Part shown: positions 40,740 through 50,190 of the stretch, one piece after another
Numbering within the stretch: the stretch's first letter is position 1
Layout: each line of letters begins with the position of its first letter
From: a bacterium
GTDB taxonomy: Bacteria; Patescibacteriota; Minisyncoccia; Phycocordibacterales; UBA12088
Direction of reading: 5' to 3'
Length of the DNA: 64,000 nucleotides
Assembly: GCA_003252295.1 (NCBI GenBank)
Contig: QKEV01000017.1
Coordinates: 34,931 to 98,930 of the forward strand
Program-made: the position numbers and the translations under genes
The notes under the pieces: generated by a model
The model's input: the letters and a program-made list of their open reading frames with translations, nothing else
What the model was told of the DNA's origin: nothing
Databases searched by the model: none

Positions 40740-41225
40740 TTCCTTGTAATGACCACGTGACAGTGGACCTGAAAAAAGTATACAGTACGCCATTATTCCC
40801 GCAATGGACTCAAATAATAACTTACCATTTATACACATGGACACTTTTGCAACGAAAAAGTATGTATTTATAAAAAAATACAATGCTAATGAAAAATACG
40901 GCTTAAAAAAAAGATATATTACATACTATCGACGTCGATACTTAAACAGCAGGGCAGTACTCATATAGTATGTATTTAAAATGGCTACGTTGTGCCATTT
41001 TTTAAACATTACGATGCACAGTACGATGTTTTTTTATACGTAAACTAAAATGTATGTAAAAAATGCTACAGAAAAATATGTAGTACTATTTTTTTATGTT
41101 TTCAGCACGTAAAAACATTGAGTATACGTAGCCATAATGAAGTTCATGTAATATGTGTGTAAAAAAATACTAGACCAGTAAAATATAGCTCTGGCAAGAG
41201 CTACCCGCTCTATTTTTATGAAAAA
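40740..41225. other. ~480-bp AT-rich non-coding region upstream of hup
   Basis: No ORF with an RBS. Repeated tatgtat, tatgtag and atgtaa motifs, and the palindrome aaaatggctacgttgtgccatttt. Confidence 0.4.
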
Positions 41226-41227
41226 CA

Positions 41228-41250
41228 AAAAGCCTCACTAAGAGGCTTTT
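41228..41250 (-). terminator. terminator 3' of rny
   Basis: aaaagcctc-actaa-gaggctttt hairpin. Confidence 0.6.
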
Positions 41251-41265
41251 TGTTTTTCATGTTTA

Positions 41266-42792
41266 CTATCGAGCGTACTCTACTGCTCTATTCTCTCGTA
41301 TCACTGCAACCTTTATTTCTCCAGGATACTTGAGCTCTTGCTCTATACGCACTGCAATGCTTCGAGCAAGGTTACGTGCTTCGAGGTCACTCACCTTCTC
41401 AGGGTGTACAAAGATACGAACCTCACGTCCTGCTGAAATAGCATAGCTCTTCTCTACTCCATCAAAGCTATTTGCTATATTCTCCAAATCTTTCAAACGT
41501 TTTAGGTAGTTTTCAACTGAATCACGTCGCGCACCAGGCCGTCCTCCTGAAATAGAGTCAGCTACCTGCACAATAATAGACTCAGGTGTTTGGTATGGAT
41601 ACTCTTCATGGTGTGCTTCCATTGCCTGAATGATCTTTTCATCAACCCCAAACTTCTGAAGTATCCTTCGTCCTATTTCAACATGCGTGCCCTGTACATC
41701 ATGATCTACTGCTTTTCCTATATCATGCACAAGCGCTCCAGCTTTCGCTACCTGCACATCAGCCTTGAGCTCTTCAGCAAGCAATCCTGCAATATGCGCC
41801 ATTTCAATCGAGTGTTGCAACACATTTTGACCATACGAGGTACGGAAGTGGAGGCGTCCAAGCACCATGAGTGCCCGAGTGTCGAGGTTTACCACCCCTA
41901 CCTCATATGCAGCCTGTTCAGCTTTTTCCTTGATAATTCGATTTATATCATCAGTTGCTTTCTGTACCTGTTCTTCTATTTTTGCAGGTTGAATACGACC
42001 ATCAATAATAAGGTTTTCAAGTGCAACTCTCGCTATTTGCCTGCGAACAGGATCAAAACAGGAAAGGGTAATGAGTCCCGGTGTATCATCAATGAGTACA
42101 TCAACGCCTGTTGCACGCTCAAATGCACGGATATTTCTTCCCTCCTTACCAATGATCTTTCCTTTTATATCTTCATTTGGAAGGGCGATTGAGGTAGTGA
42201 GAACATCCGTAGTAACCGCATTACCAAGACGGTGTATTGCTGTAGTGAGTATATCCTGAGCCTTACGCTCCAACTTCTCCTCACCCACACGATCAAGTTT
42301 TTGCAAACGCACCGCAATATCTTCAGTACTCTCCTCCTCAATACGAGAAATGAGTTCCTCTTTTGCATCTTCTTTTGAGAGCTGTGCTATACGTTCAATC
42401 TCAGACTCAACACCTGCTTTAAGTTCATCAACACGTGCTTTCACTGTATGCACCTCTTCGATCTTCTTCTTTATCTGCTCAACCTCCTTGTCGAGATCCT
42501 GTTGACGCTTGTCGAGAAACTCTTCTCGATCTAGAATACGCGACTCAGATTTCTTAATAAACTCCTGTTTCTCTTTGACTTCTTCTTCGTATACTTTTCT
42601 TTTATCTTCTATCTTTTGCTCTCCCTCCTCCTCTATTTTTTTTGCTTTTTCTTTTGCCTCAAGCATCATTTGCTTGATCTCGAGCTCCATTGAGCCCTTT
42701 TTACCTGCTGCAACAATGTAACGCAGGTAGTAGCCAACAGCACCCCCAATGAGGGCACCGACAATTGCTACGATTGGTGTTAGTGGCGACAT
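41266..42792 (-). CDS. rny: ribonuclease Y
   Basis: N-terminal TM segment plus coiled coil, KH domain (IGKEGRNIR) and HD domain (LVHDIGKAVDHD). Confidence 0.9.
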   Translation of the reverse strand: MSPLTPIVAIVGALIGGAVGYYLRYIVAAGKKGSMELEIKQMMLEAKEKAKKIEEEGEQKIEDKRKVYEEEVKEKQEFIKKSESRILDREEFLDKRQQDLDKEVEQIKKKIEEVHTVKARVDELKAGVESEIERIAQLSKEDAKEELISRIEEESTEDIAVRLQKLDRVGEEKLERKAQDILTTAIHRLGNAVTTDVLTTSIALPNEDIKGKIIGKEGRNIRAFERATGVDVLIDDTPGLITLSCFDPVRRQIARVALENLIIDGRIQPAKIEEQVQKATDDINRIIKEKAEQAAYEVGVVNLDTRALMVLGRLHFRTSYGQNVLQHSIEMAHIAGLLAEELKADVQVAKAGALVHDIGKAVDHDVQGTHVEIGRRILQKFGVDEKIIQAMEAHHEEYPYQTPESIIVQVADSISGGRPGARRDSVENYLKRLKDLENIANSFDGVEKSYAISAGREVRIFVHPEKVSDLEARNLARSIAVRIEQELKYPGEIKVAVIRENRAVEYAR

Positions 42793-43020
42793 AGTATTTT
42801 TTCCCGTGCCGTCGCAGGTCTAAATGCTTTGAATTACAATAGTTATTTCAGAAATACTGCAAGCTCAACAGGAGTGCTTCCTTGGTAAGATCGTAAAAAA
42901 CTGTATTTCTTAAGCGGTGAAAACATGCGGTCGAAACGGAATCGGTACATTAATTCAATAAATTTATCATTACATCCGTTGCTCGCATTGTAGCAAAAAA
43001 AACAAAAATTGCACACAAAA

Positions 43021-43048
43021 AAACAAGCCACTTATACAAGTGGCTTGT
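43021..43048 (-). terminator. terminator
   Basis: aacaagccact-tataca-agtggcttgtt hairpin 3' of the acidic small ORF. Confidence 0.5.
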
Positions 43049-43061
43049 TTTGTTTTCATTT

Positions 43062-43247
43062 CTACTCAGTTACCGTATCTTCCTCTTCTGGCATTTCCAT
43101 TGCAGGAGCTTCTGTTTCTTCCATAACTGGAGCTTCTTCCATCACTGGTGCTGCCGCTTCGGTTGCTTCTTCTTCAACTGGCATATCATCTGCTACTGGA
43201 GCATCTACTACTGCATCGTCTTTTGGGGTGTCATCATGTCCAAACAT
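43062..43247 (-). CDS. small highly acidic protein (61 aa)
   Basis: Asp/Glu/Pro/Ala-rich with an own terminator. There is no good SD, so translation is uncertain. Confidence 0.3.
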   Translation of the reverse strand: MFGHDDTPKDDAVVDAPVADDMPVEEEATEAAAPVMEEAPVMEETEAPAMEMPEEEDTVTE

Positions 43248-43416
43248 AGTATTGTTGTTTTGTTACCTTTGTAAACAAATACATCCTCACATGACATTCG
43301 AACAACCCGCCACATAAGGACATATAACACTAAAAGGCACATCAGTGCCTCCCAGTAACTATTAGTATACATGCATTACTAGCAATGAGTAGCTACTATG
43401 TGTGTATAACTAAATT

Positions 43417-44520
43417 CTACTTTGCCATGTGTACTGTAGTAGTAGGGTAGGCAAACTCTATCCCCTCTTCTGCAAATTTTTCAAACAACTTGAAGTTAAT
43501 CTCTTGCTGTCTATCCATAAACACCTTGTAGTCTGCGTCCTGTACCTGATACACGCAAGCAAAATCAAGTGATGAGTCACCAAACCCTTTGAAGTGGGCA
43601 CGACTAAATTCAACCCCATCCACTGATTCAACAATCTTCTGCACCATATCCGGGATACGTCGCAACATCTCTGGTTTTGTCTCGTAAAGTACACCAAAAG
43701 CAAGATCGCCACGTCTTGTCTCCATCACCTTATAGTTCTGTATTCTTGCTGCTGTAAGCTCTTGATTTGAAAGCACCACCTCTTCTCCGGTTACTGACTC
43801 TAATCGTGTTGATTTAACACCGATCTGCTTTACCGTTCCTGCAGTGGTACCTGTTTGAATGAAATCACCTACTCGAAACGGTTTATCAAAGTAGAGCGAA
43901 AACGAACTGAAGAGGTCAGAGAGTATACCCTGTAGAGCAAACGCTATAGCAATACCTGCAACTCCAGCACCTGCCATGAGTGAGGTGACGTTTATACCAA
44001 AATTTGATAGCACCATGAGTATACCAAGCACCCATATAACACCTTTCGAAAGATTTGCTATAAGGTGAATAGCAGACTTAGTAGTTTCATCGTCTTCTTC
44101 GGCGAAGTGTTTAAAGGCAATATCCTCAACAAGAATTCCGACAATAACGACTGCTTGATACACGAGCCAAAGTACTAGTACAGCAGTAATTACACTATCT
44201 GCCGTACCATAAACATTGATAAACCGAAGCGCAAACCAGAAAGAGAGGAGAAGATAGAACGGTGGTGTAAAACTCCGTACCATTTTTACAAATACATCAT
44301 CTAGGTTTGTTTCTGTCTTCTTCGAGAGAAACGCAAGCCAAGAAAGTGCAAAGTACTGAACAAGAGCAAATATCGCTAAACCAAAAAGGAAAACAGTGAA
44401 TGAAAGCGCGTAGTCGCCTACTGAGTTTCCAAATAGTACTGTTGAGCTATCAACAGAGAAATACGCTAAAAAGCGCTCTACGTAAAGTGTAAGCTGTTCC
44501 ATATATTCGGAGTATAGCAC
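43417..44520 (-). CDS. mscS: small-conductance mechanosensitive channel (MscS family)
   Basis: 3-4 N-terminal TM helices, the pore-lining GAGVAGIAIAFALQG helix and a C-terminal beta domain. Confidence 0.8.
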   Translation of the reverse strand: MLYSEYMEQLTLYVERFLAYFSVDSSTVLFGNSVGDYALSFTVFLFGLAIFALVQYFALSWLAFLSKKTETNLDDVFVKMVRSFTPPFYLLLSFWFALRFINVYGTADSVITAVLVLWLVYQAVVIVGILVEDIAFKHFAEEDDETTKSAIHLIANLSKGVIWVLGILMVLSNFGINVTSLMAGAGVAGIAIAFALQGILSDLFSSFSLYFDKPFRVGDFIQTGTTAGTVKQIGVKSTRLESVTGEEVVLSNQELTAARIQNYKVMETRRGDLAFGVLYETKPEMLRRIPDMVQKIVESVDGVEFSRAHFKGFGDSSLDFACVYQVQDADYKVFMDRQQEINFKLFEKFAEEGIEFAYPTTTVHMAK

Positions 44521-44543
44521 GTAATCAAGTGTGACTACGTGTT

Positions 44544-46412
44544 CTACTCATTCTCTCCCACATCATCTCCTGTAGCAGGTTCACCTTCTTCTTCCTTACT
44601 TACCGCATCTCCAAGCACTTCAGTTTGTACCAAGTCCCATGGTATCTCAACACCATTTAGGTATACATGACCAAGCTGCACATCTTCTGGTGCCTCAATA
44701 CTCGCTGAATAACTCTTCTCTGTTTGGACCTGTAAGCATCCAACCTCATCTTCATTACTGTCGATTGTTATAGCAAGTGACACTACACCATCCTCTTCTG
44801 AGGCAACAGTACCAACAACATGGCACGGGGTCTCAAGTTCTAAACTTCCTGTGTATGTGTGTACACCCTCAGTGTAGGTATGCGTGAGTACATACCTCTG
44901 CTCTTCCGTTGTCTCATCAGCTTGTACATCAGTAGTTTCTTCTTGTGGTGTGTCAGTAATTTGTTCACCTTTTTCTTCAATCTCTCCTTCTAATGTCTCT
45001 ATGGTACGCTGTATCAACTTTAGCGCCTTTGTGAAGAGTTCTTCTGCATCGTCGTAATCCTCTAACACAAATGCTATGTCTCCACGAAGTTGGTAAGCAA
45101 CCGCATCTTTTATATGAGCATTTACCTGTTCAACAGTACTCACCTCGAAACCATTTTTTGTGAGAAGCAGTGTACGAGCATGCTGTATATCCGCTTCCAC
45201 TTCAGCACGAAGCTGTGTAAGTTCTGCAACATGTTCATCGACAAACTCTGTATCTTCTTCACCCTCACCTGTCGTCACAGTCTCATCCTCCTGAACACCC
45301 TCTTCTACCACCTGTACTTCTTCAATACTTTCATCCTCCATCCGCACCGTTGTGTCTTCAGATGGATATATCTGTACAGAAAATAGCTTTGCCACCTCTA
45401 AAAGCTGTACCACCTTTTGCAAGAGTGCTACAGCCTCCCTATAGACACTGTACGCATCCGAGTAGTTGTACTCTCCAAGTGCAGTATTCCCTTCTGCAAG
45501 CAACACCTTCCCATGTTCGATCTGTGCTGATACCTGCATACCCGTCTCAGAGGATGGATCTAGTTCTCCATAAAGATTCTCAGCATTTTCAAGCAACTCG
45601 AACACTCGAGCTTGAGCACGATACGTTGCACGTACACGCATGTTAGCAGAGTTGATACCGTCCTCATCTACAGGTGCAGTAACATCATCTGTACCTTCAG
45701 TTCCCTCAACTCCTTCTTTTTCAGTCGTCCCTATTTTCTCCTCTGCATCCTCACGTATCTTCCCCACCTCCATAGCTGCAGTACGGACCTGCTCTACTAG
45801 TTCGATAGAACTTTCCTGCGGTTCATCTTCTGATTCAACAATGAGTCGAGCAAGTACTGCTTCATGTGCATCAAGTGATTCTTCAAACTCACTTGATGCC
45901 TCTGCTGCAAGTACTGGGTCTGTTGCTTCATATGCAAGCACCTGTTCAACCACTGCCTCAGTATGCTCAGCAAACAATTTTGATACTTGCTCACGTGCAT
46001 CATCATCTAGTTTTCCTTCAGCAGCAAGCTGACTCGCTTCAACGAGTCGTCGTTTTGCACGTTCCTGTTCCCAAGCCATACGGTCTGCTTCATTGAGAAA
46101 TGCTGTTTTTACCTCCTCATTTATATTTACCTTTACTCCGTAGAGTAAATCTCCTGGAAGCGCATCACCTGCCGCGAAAGAAACACCGAACGTGCTAGTG
46201 GTAAGTACCGTAGCAATAACAAGGGCTCCAGAAACATGATGCATACGAAAAAATGGCAAGAATGATGGTTTGCTTACCTGTGTATCTACTGAAGATCGTA
46301 TAGGTTTGTACTCCATGTAGGAGACAATTGACTCACGCATACGAGCTTTGTCACTCTCTTCTAGTTTTACGTATTCTGTTCCTCTTTGGAACTGTGCTTC
46401 TAATTTTTTCAT
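44544..46412 (-). CDS. putative anti-sigma factor: membrane-anchored coiled-coil protein with conserved C-terminal domain
   Basis: Its ATG at 46412 abuts the TAA of the upstream ECF sigma gene (TAAATG). Cytoplasmic N-terminus, one TM helix (ALVIATVLTTSTFGVSFAAG), a long acidic coiled-coil region, and a C-terminal domain THTYTEGVHTYTG...NGVEIPWDL paralogous to 6163..7329. Confidence 0.55.
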   Translation of the reverse strand: MKKLEAQFQRGTEYVKLEESDKARMRESIVSYMEYKPIRSSVDTQVSKPSFLPFFRMHHVSGALVIATVLTTSTFGVSFAAGDALPGDLLYGVKVNINEEVKTAFLNEADRMAWEQERAKRRLVEASQLAAEGKLDDDAREQVSKLFAEHTEAVVEQVLAYEATDPVLAAEASSEFEESLDAHEAVLARLIVESEDEPQESSIELVEQVRTAAMEVGKIREDAEEKIGTTEKEGVEGTEGTDDVTAPVDEDGINSANMRVRATYRAQARVFELLENAENLYGELDPSSETGMQVSAQIEHGKVLLAEGNTALGEYNYSDAYSVYREAVALLQKVVQLLEVAKLFSVQIYPSEDTTVRMEDESIEEVQVVEEGVQEDETVTTGEGEEDTEFVDEHVAELTQLRAEVEADIQHARTLLLTKNGFEVSTVEQVNAHIKDAVAYQLRGDIAFVLEDYDDAEELFTKALKLIQRTIETLEGEIEEKGEQITDTPQEETTDVQADETTEEQRYVLTHTYTEGVHTYTGSLELETPCHVVGTVASEEDGVVSLAITIDSNEDEVGCLQVQTEKSYSASIEAPEDVQLGHVYLNGVEIPWDLVQTEVLGDAVSKEEEGEPATGDDVGENE

Positions 46413-46937
46413 TTATCTTTTTCCTAATTGGTCTACGTTTTCACTCAACCAAGCAATCCCCCTATGAATCCTTACTGAAATAGTGTTTACCGGAACTCCG
46501 AGCACCTCTGCAATCTCACGAGGCATAAGCCCATCAACAAACCGCATCACAATGACTTCTCTGTGTGTGTCAGGCATCTTTTCAATAAGTCTTGGCACGT
46601 CACGAGCGTCTATTGAAAACTCTAGTTCCTCTCTACTACCCTCAACCAACTCTGCAAACGCTCCCTCCGGGACTTCACTTTCGTCTAAAAGTGCATCAAG
46701 TGATTCTGTTTTCTTCTTCCTGTACTCGTCTATTATGAGGTGATTTAAGGTGCGGTAGAGAAATGGTTTGTAGTTTTCTACTGTATTTCCCTTAACTAGG
46801 TAGTCCCACGTCTTCGTGAACACATCTGAAACAATGTCCTTCGCGCGCTCAGGATCAGAAACACGAAAATAGCAATGCCTATAGAGCGCATCTGCATATT
46901 TGTCGAATGCTTCTAAATAGGCTTTTTCGTGTTTCAT
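46413..46937 (-). CDS. ECF-type RNA polymerase sigma-70 family factor
   Basis: 174 aa with sigma-70 region 2 (YRHCYFRVSDPERAKDIVSDVF) and region 4 (REVIVMRFVDGLMPREIAEVLGVPVNTISVRIHRG). Confidence 0.85.
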   Translation of the reverse strand: MKHEKAYLEAFDKYADALYRHCYFRVSDPERAKDIVSDVFTKTWDYLVKGNTVENYKPFLYRTLNHLIIDEYRKKKTESLDALLDESEVPEGAFAELVEGSREELEFSIDARDVPRLIEKMPDTHREVIVMRFVDGLMPREIAEVLGVPVNTISVRIHRGIAWLSENVDQLGKR

Positions 46938-47045
46938 TTGTTACCACCTTGTTACTGGAGACGGATAATAGTGTCATCTCTTACGACCTTGTGGAAATAA
47001 CCACAAAATGACTAAGTATTCTATATGTTCTACTAGAATGCATAC

Positions 47046-47654
47046 TTACGCAAGGTTTTTCAACATTGCAACCATTTCAGGAAAAGTATCACCCAAAAAA
47101 TGTCCTCTGTTAGGGAGAGTAATATATTGTGCATCAGGCACCATTTCTTTAAAAATGGCTTGGTTGTCAAATGAAACAACAGGGTCATCCTCACTATGGA
47201 AAAATACGACCTTTTCAGCATTTTCGGTCAATACCCCCAAATTACCTTTCAAAGTAAAGCTATTTTGTTCATCTTTTAGCACCTTTGAACTAAGGTGCTC
47301 TGGAGCAACCAAAAAGAGTCCAGGAACTGGTGCTGTAAGTATCACCTCTGAGTAGTACTTTACGAGAAACATAGCACCAAGCGAATGTCCAACAAAAATA
47401 GGCATCTCATCAATAGTACTCAGAACACGCTCAAACCACAGCTTCCATAGCTCATAAGTTGCATTGTCTGCTATAGGCATTCTTGGTAAAAAAACCTCAA
47501 AAGCACCATCAAGTTGCATCTCCAAAGTAGCCTTCCAATCGACCCTTGATTTCATTCGATCAAGATACACTTCTCGAGTCTTGAGACTTTCCAAGTATGC
47601 CTCTGGTGATGGGTACGTGTCCCCTCCATGTATTACAAGTAGTTTTTTTGACAT
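47046..47654 (-). CDS. alpha/beta serine hydrolase (RBBP9/YdeN-like)
   Basis: LLVIHGG start and the GHSLG nucleophile elbow, with length typical of the PF06821-like family. Confidence 0.55.
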   Translation of the reverse strand: MSKKLLVIHGGDTYPSPEAYLESLKTREVYLDRMKSRVDWKATLEMQLDGAFEVFLPRMPIADNATYELWKLWFERVLSTIDEMPIFVGHSLGAMFLVKYYSEVILTAPVPGLFLVAPEHLSSKVLKDEQNSFTLKGNLGVLTENAEKVVFFHSEDDPVVSFDNQAIFKEMVPDAQYITLPNRGHFLGDTFPEMVAMLKNLA

Positions 47655-47670
47655 GACATTTTTATTTACA

Positions 47671-47994
47671 TTACACACCCTCCTCTAAACAAGCGGGATG
47701 CAAAAACGGTATCGTGTTTCTACTATACTCCTTCACGAGTCCTGCAGTCACACTCATAACACCAAAGAGTAACGAGAGCACGAGCGCAAAACCAAGTTTC
47801 TTTAAGTATTTTCTTCCACCTAACGAAAAGTACATTATGAGGATCATTACACAGAGGATCGATAGGAATACTGAGACGAGTATCCCAAAACCTATGAGCA
47901 CTTTTGCTGGATCACTACAAACTTCCTCCTGCGCAAAAGTTACGTATGGAAAAGATAAAAGTACTACAAAAAACCAAGGTCGACACCTTCTCAT
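47671..47994 (-). CDS. small membrane protein (paralog of 48056..48391)
   Basis: 107 aa with a signal/TM segment. Shares a Y[FY]x[LR]GGRK[YH][LM]xK motif with the next gene. Confidence 0.35.
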   Translation of the reverse strand: MRRCRPWFFVVLLSFPYVTFAQEEVCSDPAKVLIGFGILVSVFLSILCVMILIMYFSLGGRKYLKKLGFALVLSLLFGVMSVTAGLVKEYSRNTIPFLHPACLEEGV

Positions 47995-48055
47995 AACTTA
48001 AAGAATAGCACGGAAGTACTATAATTTTAGTGTAAATAGTGTGTGCAACGTACCA

Positions 48056-48391
48056 CTAAGACAACCCAACACTACATGCTTCTATACTCAAAAAATATCC
48101 CAGTATTCCTAGTATCATTAAGATAGTAGTAACGTATAACATCTTGTACATATGTTTTCTGCCACCTCGAAGATAGTATACAACCGTCGACATGCCAACA
48201 ATGGAACACGCAATAGAAATAAATAGTGTGTTACCTGTAGCAAACACTTCCACAACACCACGCGAAGGAATGCATGCGGTCACAGCAGAACGATTTATCC
48301 CAAGCAGTGCAAAAAGAGTGAGTATAACCGCAACTATAAATTTATATGGTTTACCCATATCGAAAGGATAACATAGACATCTTATATACAA
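48056..48391 (-). CDS. small membrane protein
   Basis: 111 aa with 3 TM segments and YYLRGGRKHMYK. Confidence 0.35.
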   Translation of the reverse strand: MYIRCLCYPFDMGKPYKFIVAVILTLFALLGINRSAVTACIPSRGVVEVFATGNTLFISIACSIVGMSTVVYYLRGGRKHMYKMLYVTTILMILGILGYFLSIEACSVGLS

Positions 48392-48459
48392 TGTTGAATG
48401 TAAACATGTATACGCCCTACAGAGAGGGCGTATTTTTTATGAATGCTTCAAGGGTAACA

Positions 48460-48669
48460 TCAGTCCTTAAGTACAATTCCAAAAAAAGCATTGCAACAGA
48501 GTGAAGGTATAAAGCCACACATGAAACCGATGATCAGGATACTTGGAAGTGGACTTGTTGAAATATCCTTCAGCATCTCCCACCCTAAATAGAGCACATA
48601 CCCACTTGCACTGAGAAATAATACAGCAATAAATACATTCTCCATATATTCACCTATTCTTCGCTTCAT
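48460..48669 (-). CDS. small membrane protein
   Basis: 69 aa with two TM helices. Confidence 0.3.
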   Translation of the reverse strand: MKRRIGEYMENVFIAVLFLSASGYVLYLGWEMLKDISTSPLPSILIIGFMCGFIPSLCCNAFFGIVLKD

Positions 48670-48940
48670 ACATCACCCCCTATACAAGTGTTAGTCTTTT
48701 CTGTTTCTACCTGTAAAAGTAGCATGTATTGCAACTTTGTGAAGGAGTACATTGACGTAACCACCACAACATGATTACATGCCTGTAGTGCCTGAAGGTG
48801 GTCCTCCAGTCCGGCTTCCACATGAAATAGACTGGTTTCTCATAACGATGTTCCGCGATCAGTGAGGAAAAAAACAGCGGTGAGTAGAAGGTTTAGTGGC
48901 AACAGTGTCCCTTCTACAGTTGTTACAGACACTATTGTCG

Positions 48941-49008
48941 CCCCGAGGTAAGCGCTCACCTCGGGGTTGTTTTTTAAAAACACCCTGCGAATCACTTCGC
49001 AGGGTGTT
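48941..49008 (-). terminator. two tandem hairpins 3' of the FMN reductase gene
   Basis: cccgaggt-aagcgctc-acctcggg, followed by aacaccctgcgaa-tcac-ttcgcagggtgtt. The second hairpin is identical to the one at 50037..50066. Confidence 0.6.
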
Positions 49009-49034
49009 GCATTTTCTTGTTTGTATCATCGAAC

Positions 49035-49616
49035 CTATGAACGCGCATGCTGCAGTGCTGTGCCCCACCACACCAACTGTTCTGTCATATCAGTAAGCGC
49101 TTTGTCATACGTATCCAGAGCACCTTCTTGTATGTTCCCCTCTTCATCAAGGAACAGCCAAGGTGCTTGGATATGTACTGCATTTCGTATTGGTGCCATC
49201 TGTAGCTCTACTGCCACCTGTCGCAGCTGCTCCACCACACGTCCACCACCAACACTACCGTAGGAAACAAAACCAACCGCCTTATTGTTCCACTCGCCAT
49301 ATATAGAATCAAGGGCATTCTTCAAGACTGCACTGTATCCATGATTGTATTCTGGTGCAACAACAATGAATGCATCAGCTTCACCTATTTTTGTAGCAAA
49401 CTCCCGAACCTCTTTCTTTGTGTAGTTACCGTCTTTCACGTATGCAGGACTGGCAGGTTCATCAAAAAATGGCAGGTTGCTATCTCGAAGATCGATTACT
49501 TCGTACGATATGTCTTTATATTCTTCCAAAGTATTGGTTATCCATGGGATAAGCTTTTCACTGAACCGACCCTCACGGGTACTCCCTAAAATCACTTTAA
49601 TGTGTAACATGGTCAT
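49035..49616 (-). CDS. NAD(P)H-dependent FMN reductase (flavodoxin-like fold)
   Basis: ILGSTREGR...VVAPEYNHGYS...FVSYG, the NADPH-dependent FMN reductase family signature. Confidence 0.75.
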   Translation of the reverse strand: MTMLHIKVILGSTREGRFSEKLIPWITNTLEEYKDISYEVIDLRDSNLPFFDEPASPAYVKDGNYTKKEVREFATKIGEADAFIVVAPEYNHGYSAVLKNALDSIYGEWNNKAVGFVSYGSVGGGRVVEQLRQVAVELQMAPIRNAVHIQAPWLFLDEEGNIQEGALDTYDKALTDMTEQLVWWGTALQHARS

Positions 49617-49739
49617 ATAGTTTAGTTTGTAAGTAACAAGTAGTGTAGTGCTATCACTTTACTTTGTAAAGTAGATATACCAGTTGCAGTACAAATACTT
49701 TACTTTGTAAAGTTATCAAAGTTTGGTATAGTAGCATAT

Positions 49740-50027
49740 ATGCCTAGCAAAGACTGCCCAATAACAAGAGTTGCGACACTGCTTTCTGATACTTGGACCA
49801 TACTCATTCTCCATGCACTTCGAGAGAGCCCGAAGCGTTTCTGCGAGCTTGAAAAATGGCTTGATGGTATTTCTACACGCACTCTCACCCTAAAACTCAA
49901 ACGACTCACTGGAGAAAAACTCATTCAAAAAAATGACACAGGGTACTATGAGGTGACACAAAAAGGAGCAGGTCTAAAGATTCTCGAAGATGCAATGATC
50001 AAGTACAGTAAGATGTACTTGAAGTAA
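49740..50027 (+). CDS. HxlR-family winged-helix transcriptional regulator
   Basis: 95 aa. CPI...LSDTWTILIL...RFCELEKWLDGISTRTLTLKLKRL pattern. Divergent from the FMN reductase. Confidence 0.8.
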   Translation: MPSKDCPITRVATLLSDTWTILILHALRESPKRFCELEKWLDGISTRTLTLKLKRLTGEKLIQKNDTGYYEVTQKGAGLKILEDAMIKYSKMYLK

Positions 50028-50036
50028 AAGTTTTGA

Positions 50037-50066
50037 AACACCCTGCGAATCACTTCGCAGGGTGTT
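50037..50066. terminator. hairpin shared by convergent hxlR and peptide gene c
   Basis: aacaccctgcgaa-tcac-ttcgcagggtgtt, a 13-bp perfect stem. Identical 30-mer at 48979..49008. Confidence 0.6.
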
Positions 50067-50076
50067 TTGTTTTCAG

Positions 50077-50190
50077 CTATTTGGAAGCGCTTGCCTTCCG
50101 TTCGCTTTTTGAATGAACTCTCTTCTGTTTTTTAGCCACCTTTCCTGGACGCGGAATGTTGTGTCCGCGCGTCACTGCCCCGAATGCCAT
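50077..50190 (-). CDS. small peptide c (37 aa), candidate RiPP precursor
   Basis: MAFGAVTRGHNIPRPGKVAKKQKRVHSKSERKASASK. SD aaaaggaga 7 nt upstream. N-terminal motif shared with peptides a and b. Confidence 0.4.
   Translation of the reverse strand: MAFGAVTRGHNIPRPGKVAKKQKRVHSKSERKASASK

Noticed and set aside
48859-49071. 70-aa ORF (minus)
   Set aside because: It spans the two tandem terminator hairpins downstream of the FMN reductase and overlaps that gene's 3' end. It is an artefact of hairpin-rich sequence.
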